Source: Octopus vulgaris
Lineage: Eukaryota
Assembly: GCA_951406725.2 (NCBI GenBank)
Contig: OX597820.1
Location: 100,502,001 to 100,566,000 of the forward strand
Direction: 5' to 3'
Length of the DNA: 64,000 bases
The position numbers and the translations under genes are program-made. The first letter of the stretch is position 1. Each line of letters starts with the position of its first letter. This document shows, piece by piece, positions 26,316 through 39,145 of this stretch. The notes beneath the pieces were generated by a model. It was not told where the DNA came from. It ran no database searches and saw only the letters and a list, made by a program, of their open reading frames with translations.

Positions 26316-27780
26316 CACTGCAACAAGCTCAATAAAGAAGAGACAAATATAAATATTACAGAAAAAAATAAAGAACTAGATAGTATAATAAATACACTAA
26401 AAACAAATAAGAAACACAAACTCATTACAAACATATAACGATTAGAATGTGATTAATAAAGAATAAACAAATTAACAATAGAGAAGATGAGATATATACA
26501 GTCAATAGTTACAATCTGACTGCAGAACAACTGTGACAATGGGGAGAAGGAGGAGATGAAATAGCTTTCACAATAATTGCTTTCTGTCCCCTCTGTTTCA
26601 TTATCTGCTTCATTATGGTATCAATTCTTGCCATCCCCTTCTCATTGTCTAACAGATGCACAGGAGTCTAAATACATGGGTGATTTAACACGAGCATATG
26701 AATGCATCAATTACACAATATAATCAGACTATTAATGTCAACAGCTTTAAATAAATGACATTTAAGTCATGTCATAAATCAACATCCTCATCTAAAATAT
26801 TAACTGTCAGAAATTCAACATCAGCTAAGCACCATGTTAAGAAATATAGAGATAATAAAAGGTAATAAAATATCTTCTGATGACATCCTATTCATGAATA
26901 TTATACAAATACATTTACCATGATTACAATAATAGTTTCAAATTTCCTCAAAAGAATGAAAGACAAGGTTGACTTTGTTGGAATTTGAACTCAGAGCACA
27001 TAGACAGATGAAATGCCACTAATGGTTCTACAAAAACACTGCCTTTACCATGATTACAATAATAATTGTATTTAAATAACAGAACTGATATACAGTTCTC
27101 AAGAAGGAAAAACATAAAAAATGGTCCAGATGGAATCTGGTACATAGTTCTTTGAAAATAAAAATATAAAACTGATTTACTTCTATAAATTTTAGATATT
27201 TACATTTTAATTAATAATTAACCACTCAAGATAATTTTTGCTCATTGAAAACAAAAGAAAAATAACGACTACCCAACAGCATGCAGTTGTTATCTATTTT
27301 TTTAAGGGTTACATGTTTCTGCATTTTTCACATCAAATATAACCCTATTTAAATTTTTTTTTATTATATACTTAAGTTTCCTGCTTTGTCCATAATAGTT
27401 ACATAAACATTTAATTTTTTTCCACTCAAAGTTGTTAGATATATCCTGCCTTGTTCATTTCTTACATAGATGCTTTTCAGCTTAAACATTTTTTTTTTTT
27501 TTCATTATATATTATTTTCATGGTAATTTGGACATCTAAAGAAGCTTATGTTTAACAAAAAGTTTAGTTATAGAGTGAGAAATTATCATTTGCATCATAG
27601 AAACTGTATAGTACAGAGTTTAATGGCATCCTTTTATGTTTAGATTTCAAATTCTACAATTGTCAGTATTGAGGTTGATGAAATAAACATTAGTAGCAAG
27701 TTGGGGGTTGATAAAAATTACAACCGCTCTTCCAGTATCTATGCTTAATCTAGAAATAATAATAATAATAATGATAATAA

Positions 27781-28430
27781 TTTCTACTAAAGGCACAAGG
27801 CCTGAAATTTGGTGGGAGGGGATTGGTTGATTACATCGATCCCAGTGTTTCACTGGTACTTAATTTATTGACCACGAAAGGATGAAAGGCAAAGTTGACC
27901 TTGGTAGAACTTGAACTCAGAATGTAGCAACAGGCAAAATACCACTAAGCATCATCATCGTCATCATCATCATCATCATTATTATTAAGGCAGCGAGTTG
28001 GCAGAATCGTTAGCATGCTGGACAAAATGCTTAGTCATATCTCACCCATCGCTACGTTCTGAGTTCAAATTCTGTTGGGGGTCTACTTTGCTGTTCATCC
28101 TTTTAGGATCAATAAATTAAGTACCAGTTACACACTGCCTATAGTAGAAAGGATAATAATAATAATAATAATGATAATGCTAATAATTATTGTCATCATT
28201 TCTAAGGCAGTAAGCTGGTAGAATTATTAATGTGCTGGGCAAAATGCTTTGTGGCATTTCTTTGGATTCTGAGTACAAATCTGTTTTTAGATTCTGAGTT
28301 CTAATTCTGCTGGGGTCAACTTTGCTTTTCATCCAGGGTTGATAAAAGAAGAATTAGTTGAGCACTGGGGATGATTTAATCGACTTACCCCCTCCCACAT
28401 AATTTCTGGCATTGTGCCAAAACTTGAAAC

Positions 28431-28463
<33 letters not shown>

Positions 28464-28560
28464 TAAATTAGGCATAAGGCCTAGATATTGGGAGAGGGAT
28501 CTGGTAAGTTTTATCAACTTCAGAGGTATGATAATCAATGCCAATAATGGTAGAATTTGA
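27781..28560. mobile_element. Cluster of four SINE-B copies (-,+,+,-) separated by (TAA)n/(CAT)n
   Basis: Repeated ctgagttcaaattc, ctttgc(c/t)tttcatcc and ggccttgtgcc blocks. Confidence 0.8.
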
Positions 28561-29963
28561 AAGCTAAATATAAATGGATGTGATTAAAAACTGTACTATA
28601 TAGATTCTATGATAAAAATAATAACAATTTCTTACACTAATGTAGTCCCCAATATTTTGCAGTGTAGGCTACAGTTGATTGAACCACAGTATTTATTGAT
28701 CTTGGAATGATTAAAAGCAATGTTGATCTCAATGAAGTTTGAAATCAGAGCAGAGGGGGATGAAACTAAATATTGAAAGGCACTTAGCCCTGTACTCTAC
28801 TATTCATGCTACTTCACAAGTATAATTAAAATGTGGTAGTATAGCCATCATTCACAAATGAGCATAACTTGGTAGCATATACCATGTTCTTATTAACTGT
28901 TGTAGGTGCCTATGTGGTCATGAGTAGATACAGACATCCTTTTGGCCTGCCCCCCTCCCTGAATCTAGCAACACATTAAGGATATGCCAGCAGGAGGTAG
29001 AGAGGGCATTTGCTGGTATTCATATGCAGTCGAGTAGACTGAAGCAACAGGGAAATAAAGTGTTTGCTCCAAGACACAATGCACTGCCTGCTCCAAGAAC
29101 TGAACCCACAACTTTCTGATCATAATAATCCCAACACCTTAATCACCAAGCTACTCCCAATCTGTAACTGTAAAATTACTTTAAATATGAAACAAAATTA
29201 TTAATTTCTCAATAGAGCTCTGTTGTTTGTAAAATGTAATGGATGGTCTTCTACTTTGAAAAACAGCAAGAAAAAAAAATCATTTGCAAAATTATGAAAA
29301 AGGTTTACAGTATGGTGATATTAAACAACAGGATGTTCAAAGAGTTTCAAAAAGGAAGGAATAGAAATATTGAAAAACTCACGACTAGGACAATAGTATG
29401 GACATAGGGTTAAGTGAAGGTAGATACTAGCTATCACATGCATCATACCATGCCAAATTAGAGAGGGGGATGGTCTCACCAACAAGCCTTGAGCTGGCTG
29501 TAGGATAAGCAAACTTCAAGTCAATGTATGTATATAATATATACATATATAAATAAATATATATATATATTTCCAAATTTTTTTTTTCAAAGAAGTAACC
29601 ATGTAAACAGTTGACAAAACAAGGAAAACTGGATTATAGATTCAAGACAAAACCATATTAACAATTCATAATTTGATTTTGAAGCTTATAGACTGATATT
29701 TCTTTCAAATAAAGATAAACAAATAAATTTATATTGAAGAAGAACAAACAAAACAATTTTTATAAAACTGAAAAACAATTGGTTAAATACAATACTTGGA
29801 ATGACTTTAGATGGACTACATGTTTGAAAGTATTTAGCAGGAAATATTGACCAGTCGTTAATAAAACAATGAATTAGACACAACATTTCTTTCCTTGAGA
29901 GAAACCAAATAATCTTCATCAACATTATCATTATCACTTTAGTGCTGGCAATAATGAGAATGT

Positions 29964-29997
<34 letters not shown>

Positions 29998-30432
29998 AAT
30001 GATCATGATGACGATGATGACATCTAGTACACTCTGTAAAGTGGTTGTTATTAGGAAGGGGATCCAGCTGTTGAAACCACACCAAGAGAGACATTAGGGC
30101 TTAGCGAAGTCTTTTCACCCATCAATTCTCGATGAACCATCCAATGTCACTCTAACATTTAATATTTATGTCTGCATTTATCTACCTATCTACATCCACA
30201 GACACACACTCATTGCAAAATGGAAGAAATCCTTTTCAGTATTATGGAAAACACCCAAATTTCTCCTACTGCTAAAAATGACATTGCACCTAGTAGGAAA
30301 AAGATTAAAGCTATGTGCTTTAATACTGAGTTATTTTTCAATGCTCCTAACTTCACTTATTTTGGTGCATATAAAACTGAAAAACTCTGTAAATATATGT
30401 AATTTCAAGCTATTTTTCCTTCAAGATTAATT

Positions 30433-31178
30433 GTTATCGCCAAGCTAACATGGCAGTCCAGGAAAATAGGATAAATGCTGCCATTGATTAGCTCCAAGAG
30501 GCCATCGTCTTTAGCTAGCTATGTGACACACAAACCTGTGTCCATTATAACCTTCGAACAGGGGAGGTCAGCCGCTTCCCCTTGCTGGACTGGCATCTAG
30601 AAACTAGTTTTGGGGTATTTGCCCCTTATCAACGGAGAGCAGGCGAACCCAGCAGGCATTGCTGCTGACCATCTATTTGAAGGATTATTTACCTAAATTC
30701 GGTGGAATATATCCACTGGTCTTCAAAAATAGAAATAGTAATATTTCTAAGTCTCTCTAAAGGAGAAGGTTATAATGGACACAGGTTTGTGAGTCACTTA
30801 GCTAGCTAGAGGCAATGGCCTCTTGGAGCTAAGCAATGGCAGCATTTGTCTTATTTTCCTGGAGTGCCATGTTAGCTTGGCAATAACTATTAGAGAGACT
30901 TAGAAATATGAGTGATGCCTGCTGAGTTTGGCTACTCTACATAGATAAGGGGCAAATATCCCAAAACTAGTTTGTAGATGCCAGACCAGCAAGGGGAAGC
31001 GGCTGACCTCCTCTGTTCAAAGGTTATAATGGACAGAGGTTTGTGTGTCACATAGCTAGCTAGAGACGATGGCCCCTTGGAGCTAATCAACAGCAGCATT
31101 CGTCCTATTTTCCTGGACTGCCACGTTAGCTTGGTGATCTGCTGCCATAGTCTCCTTTAGAAAGATTTAGAAATATTA
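30433..31178. mobile_element. Penelope pLTR-like composite: one unit facing two inverted copies, with two hammerhead-like motifs
   Basis: 30433-30660 is inverted at 30914-31138 and partially at 30766-30888. Motifs at 30597-30637 (-) and 30937-30977 (+). Confidence 0.75.
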
Positions 31179-31559
31179 ATATTTTTATTTCCTTCAATAG
31201 TTTTTCGTATAATTAAAAATTTGTCTATGCATCTACACCCAGTAGGAATTTTTTGTGTGACATCTCTTTCTTCACCCTCTCTCTCACCTCTCTGTTGCTT
31301 TCTATTTCTCTGTCCTCCACCACTATTTTTCTTTCTCCTCTCACTACCATACAATCTATGACCATTCCTTTTTTTCACTTGACCACTGATTTGTTCAGTC
31401 ACCTTTCACTCAGTCTCTCACTTCCTTCTATACTTCCAACAAAGGGTTTGCTTTTACACCTTTTATTCAACCTTTCCTTCTGTCCACTTTCTGTTTCCAG
31501 TCCTACAGCATATTTTCCATTGCAATACTTATACATACATCTTGTGTCAGAGCTGCACA

Positions 31560-32000
31560 GCTTTTATTTTGTTTGTATATTGTATATTTTATTTCGTTTT
31601 TATATTTGGATTTTTGGTTTGCAAGAATTCCTTATACGGATTCGATTCTTGTTGAAGCATTTTTTTTTGTGTGTGTCTGGGGAGAGTCATTCTGATTTAA
31701 TGCCTTATTAATTAACACACTCACTGGTTCAATTTCCACTCATTCACTTATTATTTTTTCTAAAATTTTCATTGCTTCTTGCAAGCTCTTCAATAGTGAT
31801 TGACTCTATCTGTTATCAGAGCAGCGATCTTTTTGTTTCAAGAAAGAACTCAGCTCTGATAACAGACAAAATCAACGACTATGAAAGAGCTTGCAAGAAG
31901 CAATGAAAATTTTAGAAAAAAAGAAAAAATGAGTGGAAATTGAACCAGTGAGTGTGTCAATTGATAAGGCATTATAGAGAATGACTCTCCCCAGACACAA
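31560..32000. mobile_element. Fold-back pLTR-like element, ~150-bp arms plus one-sided extension
   Basis: gtgtctggggagagtcattct (31673) is inverted at agaatgactctccccagacac (31998); homologous to 3256-3587. Confidence 0.8.
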
Positions 32001-32298
32001 TAAAATACTGTATTTTTATTTTGTTTATATACTTACATTTATATTCACACACACACTATCTGTGTTGTACCTGTTTGCATCATTGCCCTCAAAGCTTACT
32101 TACTGTTCCCAGTAGCTTTTTGCTATTGACCCCACCAAAAATGAACAATACTATCATTAAAGGCATGAAATTGCAATAATATTTTGGCTGATAACTGATG
32201 AGGAAAGAGCATGTCAATGTTTTGTGTGTGAATCTTTGGTTCATTCCTTTGTTGTGTTTCTGTTTAATTTTTTTGAAACATATATATATATTTTAAGT

Positions 32299-32630
32299 GC
32301 AGGAGTGGCTGTGTGGTAATGAGTTCCAGGTTCACTTCCACAGCATGGCACCTTAGGCAAGTGTCTTCTATCATAGCCAGATGGAAACTGAAAGAATCCC
32401 ATTGTATATGTATATATCTAAGTGTGTCTTTGTGACCCCCACCACCACTTGACAACAGGTGTTGGTATGTTTACGTTCCCATAACCTAGTGGTTCAGCAA
32501 AAGTGACCGATAGAATAAGTACCAGGCTTAAAAAGAAAATAAGTACTGGGGTTGATTAGTTTTACAAAAATTCCTCAAGGCGGTGCTCCAGCATGGCCAC
32601 AGTCTAATGACTGAACCAAGCAAGAGAAAA
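32299..32630 (+). mobile_element. SINE family A
   Basis: Head gcaggagtggctgtgtggtaa; tail cagcatggccacagtctaatgactgaa. Confidence 0.85.
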
Positions 32631-32799
32631 TACACACACACATAAGTATGAATGTATATATACATATGTGTGTGTGTATGTACGTGTGTGTATGTGTATC
32701 TTAAATATATCATTTTTGTATCTCTACATATAATACTAACACATTTTTATAAAAATAAGTAGCAAAAATATTTGCTGCTGCTGCTACTACTATCCCCAC

Positions 32800-32815
32800 C
32801 ACAACCATCACCACC

Positions 32816-32899
<84 letters not shown>
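32800..32899. repeat. (CAC)n/(TAC)n microsatellite
   Basis: Read directly. Confidence 0.95.
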
Positions 32900-32901
<2 letters not shown>

Positions 32902-33335
32902 GTAGCACAATATATTAATAGATTATTACATTATGCATACGTAATAATATTTGAGCTGACAAGAATGCTGTTCTTTTCTTTTTAAAGCAAATCTTATTTC
33001 AAATTTCTTAATGGACATAATATTGTATTCTATATTTTGGGATGTCTATGCTGTTAGCATCTTGGTCTTTGTTTCTAATAAACACTGGGTAAAAAATTAA
33101 CCCTTCTTGCTGAAGATTGGGAAATATCATTAAAATGTCCAATAATTGAAACAAGTAAAAGGATATGCAAATTTTTTTGAAATCAAAGCTTACTCATATA
33201 TCTACACTAAAGACAGAATCCTTTTTTTTAGGTGATACAAGAAGAATAAGTGTTTCATAATTTAAAATTCTATAAAAAAAATACCTGAATCTCAACTGTC
33301 AAAGAAAACAACATATATTCTTGATAGATGGCTAT

Positions 33336-33371
<36 letters not shown>

Positions 33372-33376
<5 letters not shown>

Positions 33377-34202
33377 TAATAAATATTAGGGAATAAATCC
33401 AAACTTACAGGGAAAAATCAGATTTAGGATTGAATCCAATTTTATAGTAAAATATTATATTATATTAAATTAGAGACAAAACCACTATTAGGCAAATCAA
33501 ACATGTCTAATTTAATAGCATAATTTATATTAGATAATTATTCCCATTCATAATTATATTTATAGTACTTATAGTATTTATTTGATACTATATTACTAAG
33601 AATTGAATATTTCTATAAGTATTTTACATAAGATTTTGAAAGTCCGTTTAAGTTAGTTTATTTGTATTTTGAAATTAGCTATTTCATCTTTAAATATGAA
33701 AAATTAAATTTATTAGGTTTTCATTATATACAATTATTTATAGAGATTATTTTAGATCTTGATTATAATATTTATATATATTTTCATTGATAATTTATAT
33801 ATATTAGACATTTTAAATATTTATGTAATTAGATATAGACTAATATTGATATTAGATTATGGGTTTTCTACCTTATAAATTAAAGTTAATATTTCACACT
33901 ATAGTCGATTTCGATATAATCATATTTAATAATAGAGTTTATTATAAGTAAAATTATTATATTATATATATTATTTATATCTTAAAAATATTGATTATAT
34001 TTTAGATATTTAAACCACCTGATGAATGACTGCGACTCAAAAATTTGAAGAAGTTAGCAGGCATGAAACGATCGTAGTGTGATATTAATTATATTTTTTT
34101 AATAATTTTGTTATATACTTAAATAATATAAATTAAATAATCTTATGTATTGGCTCAAGTTTTTCATTGTTTGATTTGCCTAATAGTGGTTTTGTCTCTT
34201 AT

Positions 34203-34209
<7 letters not shown>
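33372..34209 (+). mobile_element. AT-rich Penelope-like non-autonomous element in (TA)n with inverted terminal segment and hammerhead
   Basis: 33462-33503 is inverted at 34168-34209, with extra sequence beyond the left copy. TA tracts on both sides. Hammerhead at 34016-34079. Confidence 0.75.
34016..34079 (+). ncRNA. Type I minimal hammerhead ribozyme, intact core
   Basis: CAC-CTGATGA-[ATGaCTGC...GCAGgCAT]-GAAA-CGATCG-TA-GTG: canonical core, palindromic stem III, GUA cleavage triplet. Confidence 0.75.
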
Positions 34210-34255
<46 letters not shown>

Positions 34256-35169
34256 TAGACCACCCTAATAATGGCAAAGTAGACAAGCAAAGATGAGGAC
34301 TGAATAGGGAAGAAAATGTCATCTTGTAGAGTCAATTATTTGGAACATCAACAGATGTATATGATCAAAATTCATATGATGCATGGATCTTAGCTTAGGG
34401 GTGATATTTAAGTAATTAACTTGGAAATTTATATAGGTGAACTTTGAAAAATTAAATTTACCTAACATAAAATGACTCTGTTGTAACTGATAAAACACAG
34501 TTTTATTCCTAAGTGCTCCAACTTACAAAAAGCACAACAAATGTGAATACTTTCTAAAGTTTACTACAACAGAAACACTACAAACTGCACTAAATATTTA
34601 ACACAAGAGATTAAATATGAAGTGGTATTTCTTCCATAAATTATCTGAAGTTTCACTCAAATGTGTCCCATGATAAAATAAATGTTGTTATTGGAAAATA
34701 GAGAAATTTTCGGTGTTTGATTATTGATCACAAAAGGATCCCTTTAAATGTGAACCAAAAAAAAAAAAAAAAAAAAAATTCAACAGTTTAGAATTTTTTT
34801 TATGTCAAGATATGCCTGCAGTGAGAGTACATAATCAACATTATTTCAAAATAAACATGAGTTGGGTAGTCTGATTCTAACGGACATATCTGGATCAGGG
34901 GAAAAGTCATCATCAGCATGAACATAAAGGGATCAAGCTTTCAGGGCAGAAAATTGAATGATTGTGGAATCATGTGGAATGAACAGCGAGAAACTTCACA
35001 AGCAAATGATTAATAACTGACGTAAATACAGCTCTATGAGATTGGAGATATGTTGGAATTATTATGGGACCCAGAGAGGATAATTACTGAAAACAAATTT
35101 GCAAGAGTAGAGATAATAGAGTAGATAAATATCAGTCAATATATGTATGCATGCATGTGTGTGTATGTA

Positions 35170-35224
<55 letters not shown>

Positions 35225-35273
35225 TAAATGAATACATATATATACATTCATAAATATATATGCACACATATTC

Positions 35274-35310
<37 letters not shown>

Positions 35311-35311
<1 letters not shown>

Positions 35312-35477
35312 TCTTAACTCTTTTACTTGAGCAAATCGACCCCAGGACTTATTCTTTGTAAGCCTAGTACTTATTCTATCAGTCTTTTTTGCTGAGCTGC
35401 TAAGTTACAGGGACATAAACACACCACCATTGGTTGTCAAGCGATGTTGGGGGGTGGGGGACAAACACAAACACATC

Positions 35478-35521
<44 letters not shown>

Positions 35522-35635
35522 GAAGTGGAAATCCACAACACCATCTCTTCGGTTATCTGGCCAGATAACCGAAGAGATGGTGTTGTGGATTTCCACTTCG
35601 GCATCTGAAACTCAGAGTTTTATCTTGACTATTGA

Positions 35636-35680
<45 letters not shown>

Positions 35681-35841
35681 TATGATGGGCTTCTTTCAGT
35701 TCCGTCTACCAAATCCACTTACAAGGCTTTGGTCGGCCCAAGGCTATAGTAGAAGACACTTGCCCAAGGTGGCACGCAATGGGAATGAACCCGGAACCAT
35801 GTGGTTGGTAAGCAAGCTACTTACCACACAGCCACTCCTGT
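35311..35841 (-). mobile_element. SINE family A whose internal (TA)n carries a fold-back insert
   Basis: Reverse complement of the 39900-40388 architecture. Confidence 0.85.
35563..35625 (+). ncRNA. Type I hammerhead-like motif (U4C variant) in the 35520-35636 insert
   Basis: AGATAA-CCGAAGA-[GATG...CATC]-T-GAAA-CTCaGAG-TT-TTATCT. Confidence 0.6.
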
Positions 35842-36255
35842 GAGTATAAAAAACAGACAAAATACCACTAAGCATGAGGTGCTGGCATTGCTGTAAAAAT
35901 CAGAGTTGAAAAATCCTTTTTTTGATGCTGACTTTTACAACAATGCCGGTACCTCATATGCCCTATTCATCATCATCATCATTTAGCGTCCGCTTTCCAT
36001 GCTAGCATGAAATTAATTATAAAATTTTCGATTTGCCATTTATCAGCTTTTGCTTGTTGGCCACTTATGTTATTGTTGTTTTTATTTATTTTACTATTAC
36101 TAATAATAATAATATCTATATAAATATTTTTTGAATATTTATTCATTTATGAAATTTATATACTGACACCAATTTTGAATTTGGTGCAAGCTTTTCAATG
36201 GTTACCAGGCACAATAAAACGAGTAAAGTTTTTAACCCTAGGTATATAGTGAGAC

Positions 36256-36309
36256 CTGCTGATGAGAATGAAGGGAGTTAATCTTAAAATTCAAAATCAA
36301 TTGATTCAG
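36256..36309 (+). ncRNA. Type I hammerhead-like motif with G12A (CpG-type decay)
   Basis: CTG-CTGATGA-[GAAT...ATTC]-aAAA-TCAATTGA-TT-CAG. Confidence 0.55.
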
Positions 36310-36578
36310 TGATATCTATTTCCTCATTCTGCAGTTTTCTGCCAAGATGGTAAGTTAATTACTTTGCTTGTCGCCCAATTTCTGTTGTGCCTATTGTATT
36401 TCCAGTGATTGATGGTTTATTAGAGGATTTTTTGATTCTGACTTTTACAGCAATGCCGACGCCTCGTGTGCCCGAAGATAGATCTGTATACATATGTGTG
36501 TGTGTGTATGTGTGTGTGCGTGCATATATTATATATGTCTCTATATAATACATGAATAGGCACTATATATATATATAT

Positions 36579-36729
36579 AAGGCACCAGAATTTAATATGG
36601 TATTATCCATATAATTCAAAATGGGGTTATTATCACCCCATTTTGAATTATATGGATAATACCATATTAAATTCTGGTGCCTTTAACTTAAGTACCATAT
36701 TCAACTGAATCTAAATTTTTACTGAACTT
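36579..36729. mobile_element. Fold-back insert in (TA)n: perfect 49-bp arms plus ~46-bp tail
   Basis: Arms 36579-36627 and 36635-36683. Confidence 0.85.
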
Positions 36730-37460
36730 ATATATATATATATATATATATTCGCCGTGTCAGGCCGAAAAACGAAATGTTCCCAAGATAAGAAAATCTT
36801 TCTAATCTAATTCATCCCGTAATCTGTACCAGTAATATTCTCATGCAAATTTGTCTGATCTCTAGTGGTTAAGCTGTTTATTATTATTAGTATTAGTATT
36901 ATCCCTTTGACCCTTGTTTATTAGTATTATTATTTTGCCTCGTATTGCATATTCTGTATAATTTATTAGTTATTGTTGACCATCGGTTTTTCCGGCCTCG
37001 TGTCTCGCTAAATACAGAATAGATATTTGAGTTTCTCCATACAGGATTTTTTCAATGGCGGCCGATTTTCGCGGGGTTCCACTATTCCCTTCTCTCTCTC
37101 TCTCTCTCTCCCTCTTTTACGTTGTATGCCCTCCCCCCTCTTCCTTTCCCCCCTTCCATTGCTAAGAGCATTTTTAAGCCAGCCCGTCAAGTTCAACCTC
37201 GCATATTCCCAGTGCACCCGCCCTTGCCCACCCCCACCACCAATAACGGATATCTCTATATTTTTGCTCCATCTATACCGGATGTCGCTTCTCCCACCAC
37301 CATTATAGGTGTCTACTCTTCGAACCCCACTCTTCAATACGCTATTTCACCATGCATTACCCCTCTCGTGATACCCTACGTTCTACTTGTCTAGAACCTG
37401 TCATCGTTTCTCCGAACACCCCTCCCCACTGGTGCTCTCCTATATTTCTGCACCCTCCCC

Positions 37461-37774
37461 CCACATAAAAAGCACCATCCGAACGTGGCCGATGCCAGCA
37501 CCGCCCCGACTGGCTTCTGTGCAGGTGGCACATAAAAAGCACCAACTGACCGTGGCCGATGCCAGACCCCTCTGGCACCTGTGCAGGTGGCACGTAAAAA
37601 GCACCCACTACACTCGCGGAGTGGTTGGCGTTAGGAAGGGCATCCAGCTGTAGAAACACTGCCAGACCAGACTGGAGCCTGGGGCAGCCCCTGGCTCCCC
37701 AGACCCCGGTTGAAACCGTCCAACCCGTGCTAGCGCGGAAAACGGACGTTAAACGATGATGATGATGATGATGA
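37461..37774 (+). mobile_element. 3'UTR-only copy of the RTE element (tandem units, Meta-like domain, (GAT)n)
   Basis: Aligns with 4620-5013; CpG-rich, so probably young. Confidence 0.85.
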
Positions 37775-38460
37775 TAAAGCAAATTATTTGTACATAAATA
37801 CTTGCCACCTAAATATATAAAAAAAGCCCTGCATATGAGAGGCATGGATGCTTACTGAAGCAAAATTTGTACAACCTACAAGGATTTTAAATACTTTGCC
37901 AAACATTTATTGTACGTATGTCATTACTCATGGTCGCTTCCAAAGTATGCTTCCAAAGTTACCCATCATTGACAGGTAATGTTCCAATACATAATACTAT
38001 TTCAAAAATAAATTGAATTTTATTTGGTGAGCAATCTAGGATTGAATGTAGAAGCTATACATTCCATTCATCTATTGCACAAATATTCTAACAGCATGTT
38101 CTCAATCCTGTCAACTTTTCTTTCTCTGTGGGGATCTATTCAACATCTTGCGATAGAGAGTATATGAGCATCTTTCATCCCTCAGAAATGGCAATTTCTC
38201 ACAAAATCCTAATTACTGACTTAGTACTTTCATCTCAAATTACTTGATGCATGTAGACATAAATAATCACTACATGACCTTTCCATTTTAGGGGCAAGGG
38301 CCAAGTAAATTACATCAACTCCAGTACTAGGGTGGTACTTTACTTTATCAGCCTTGAAAGGATTAAAGGCAAAGTTGACCGCAACTGTATCTGAACTTAC
38401 ATGCCTGGCATGTAAGCAATTCTGCTAGCTTGCTGCCCTTAATAATAAATAAATAAATGC

Positions 38461-38705
38461 GCCTCTTTTAAAGCCTAGCCAGGCTCATGGGCCCGGTTTC
38501 CTGGTTTCTATGGCGTATGTGTTTCTCAGCTGGATGGGATGCCAGTTCATCGCAGCGTTACTCATTTTTGCCAGTTGAATGGACTGGAGCAACGTGAAAT
38601 GAAATGTTTTGCTCAAGAACACAACGCATTGCCTGGTCCAGGAATCGAAACCACAATCTTATGATCATGGTGCTGACACCCTAAACCAATAAGCCACGTG
38701 CCTCT
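38461..38705 (-). mobile_element. tRNA-derived SINE family C (CORE-like centre)
   Basis: Reverse complement: tRNA-like head ggtttcgattcc, then tgtgttcttgagcaaaaca...ccagtccattcaactggcaaaaatgagta. Confidence 0.8.
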
Positions 38706-38751
38706 ACTGCTGCTCTTAATGGGCTAATAATAATAATAATAATAATGATCC

Positions 38752-38957
38752 TTTCTACTTTAGGCACAAGGCCTGAAATTTGGGGGAGGAGTAGTCGATT
38801 ATATCGACTCCGGTATTCAACGGGTACTTAATTTGTCGACCCTGAAAGGATGAAAGATAAAGTTGACCATAGCAGAATTTGAACTCAGAATGTAGCAACG
38901 GGTGAAATACCACTAAGCATTTTGTCCAGCATGCTAACAACTCTTCCAGCTTGTCGC
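38752..38957 (-). mobile_element. SINE family B between (TAA)n tracts
   Basis: Same blocks as 6299 and 27987. Confidence 0.85.
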
Positions 38958-38997
<40 letters not shown>

Positions 38998-39145
38998 TAA
39001 TGATAATAATATTATGAATAATAATGATAATAATAATAATAAAAAAATAATAGTAATAATTATGATAATACTAATAATAATAATAATATAAATAATAATA
39101 ATGATAATGATAATAATAATAGTAATAATAATAATAATAATAATA
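38958..39145. repeat. (TAA)n microsatellite
   Basis: Read directly. Confidence 0.95.

Noticed and set aside
26530-26650. Imperfect inverted repeat gacaatggggagaagg / ccccttctcattgtc as a pre-miRNA or MITE
   Set aside because: Pairing is patchy and purine/pyrimidine-biased; no second copy.
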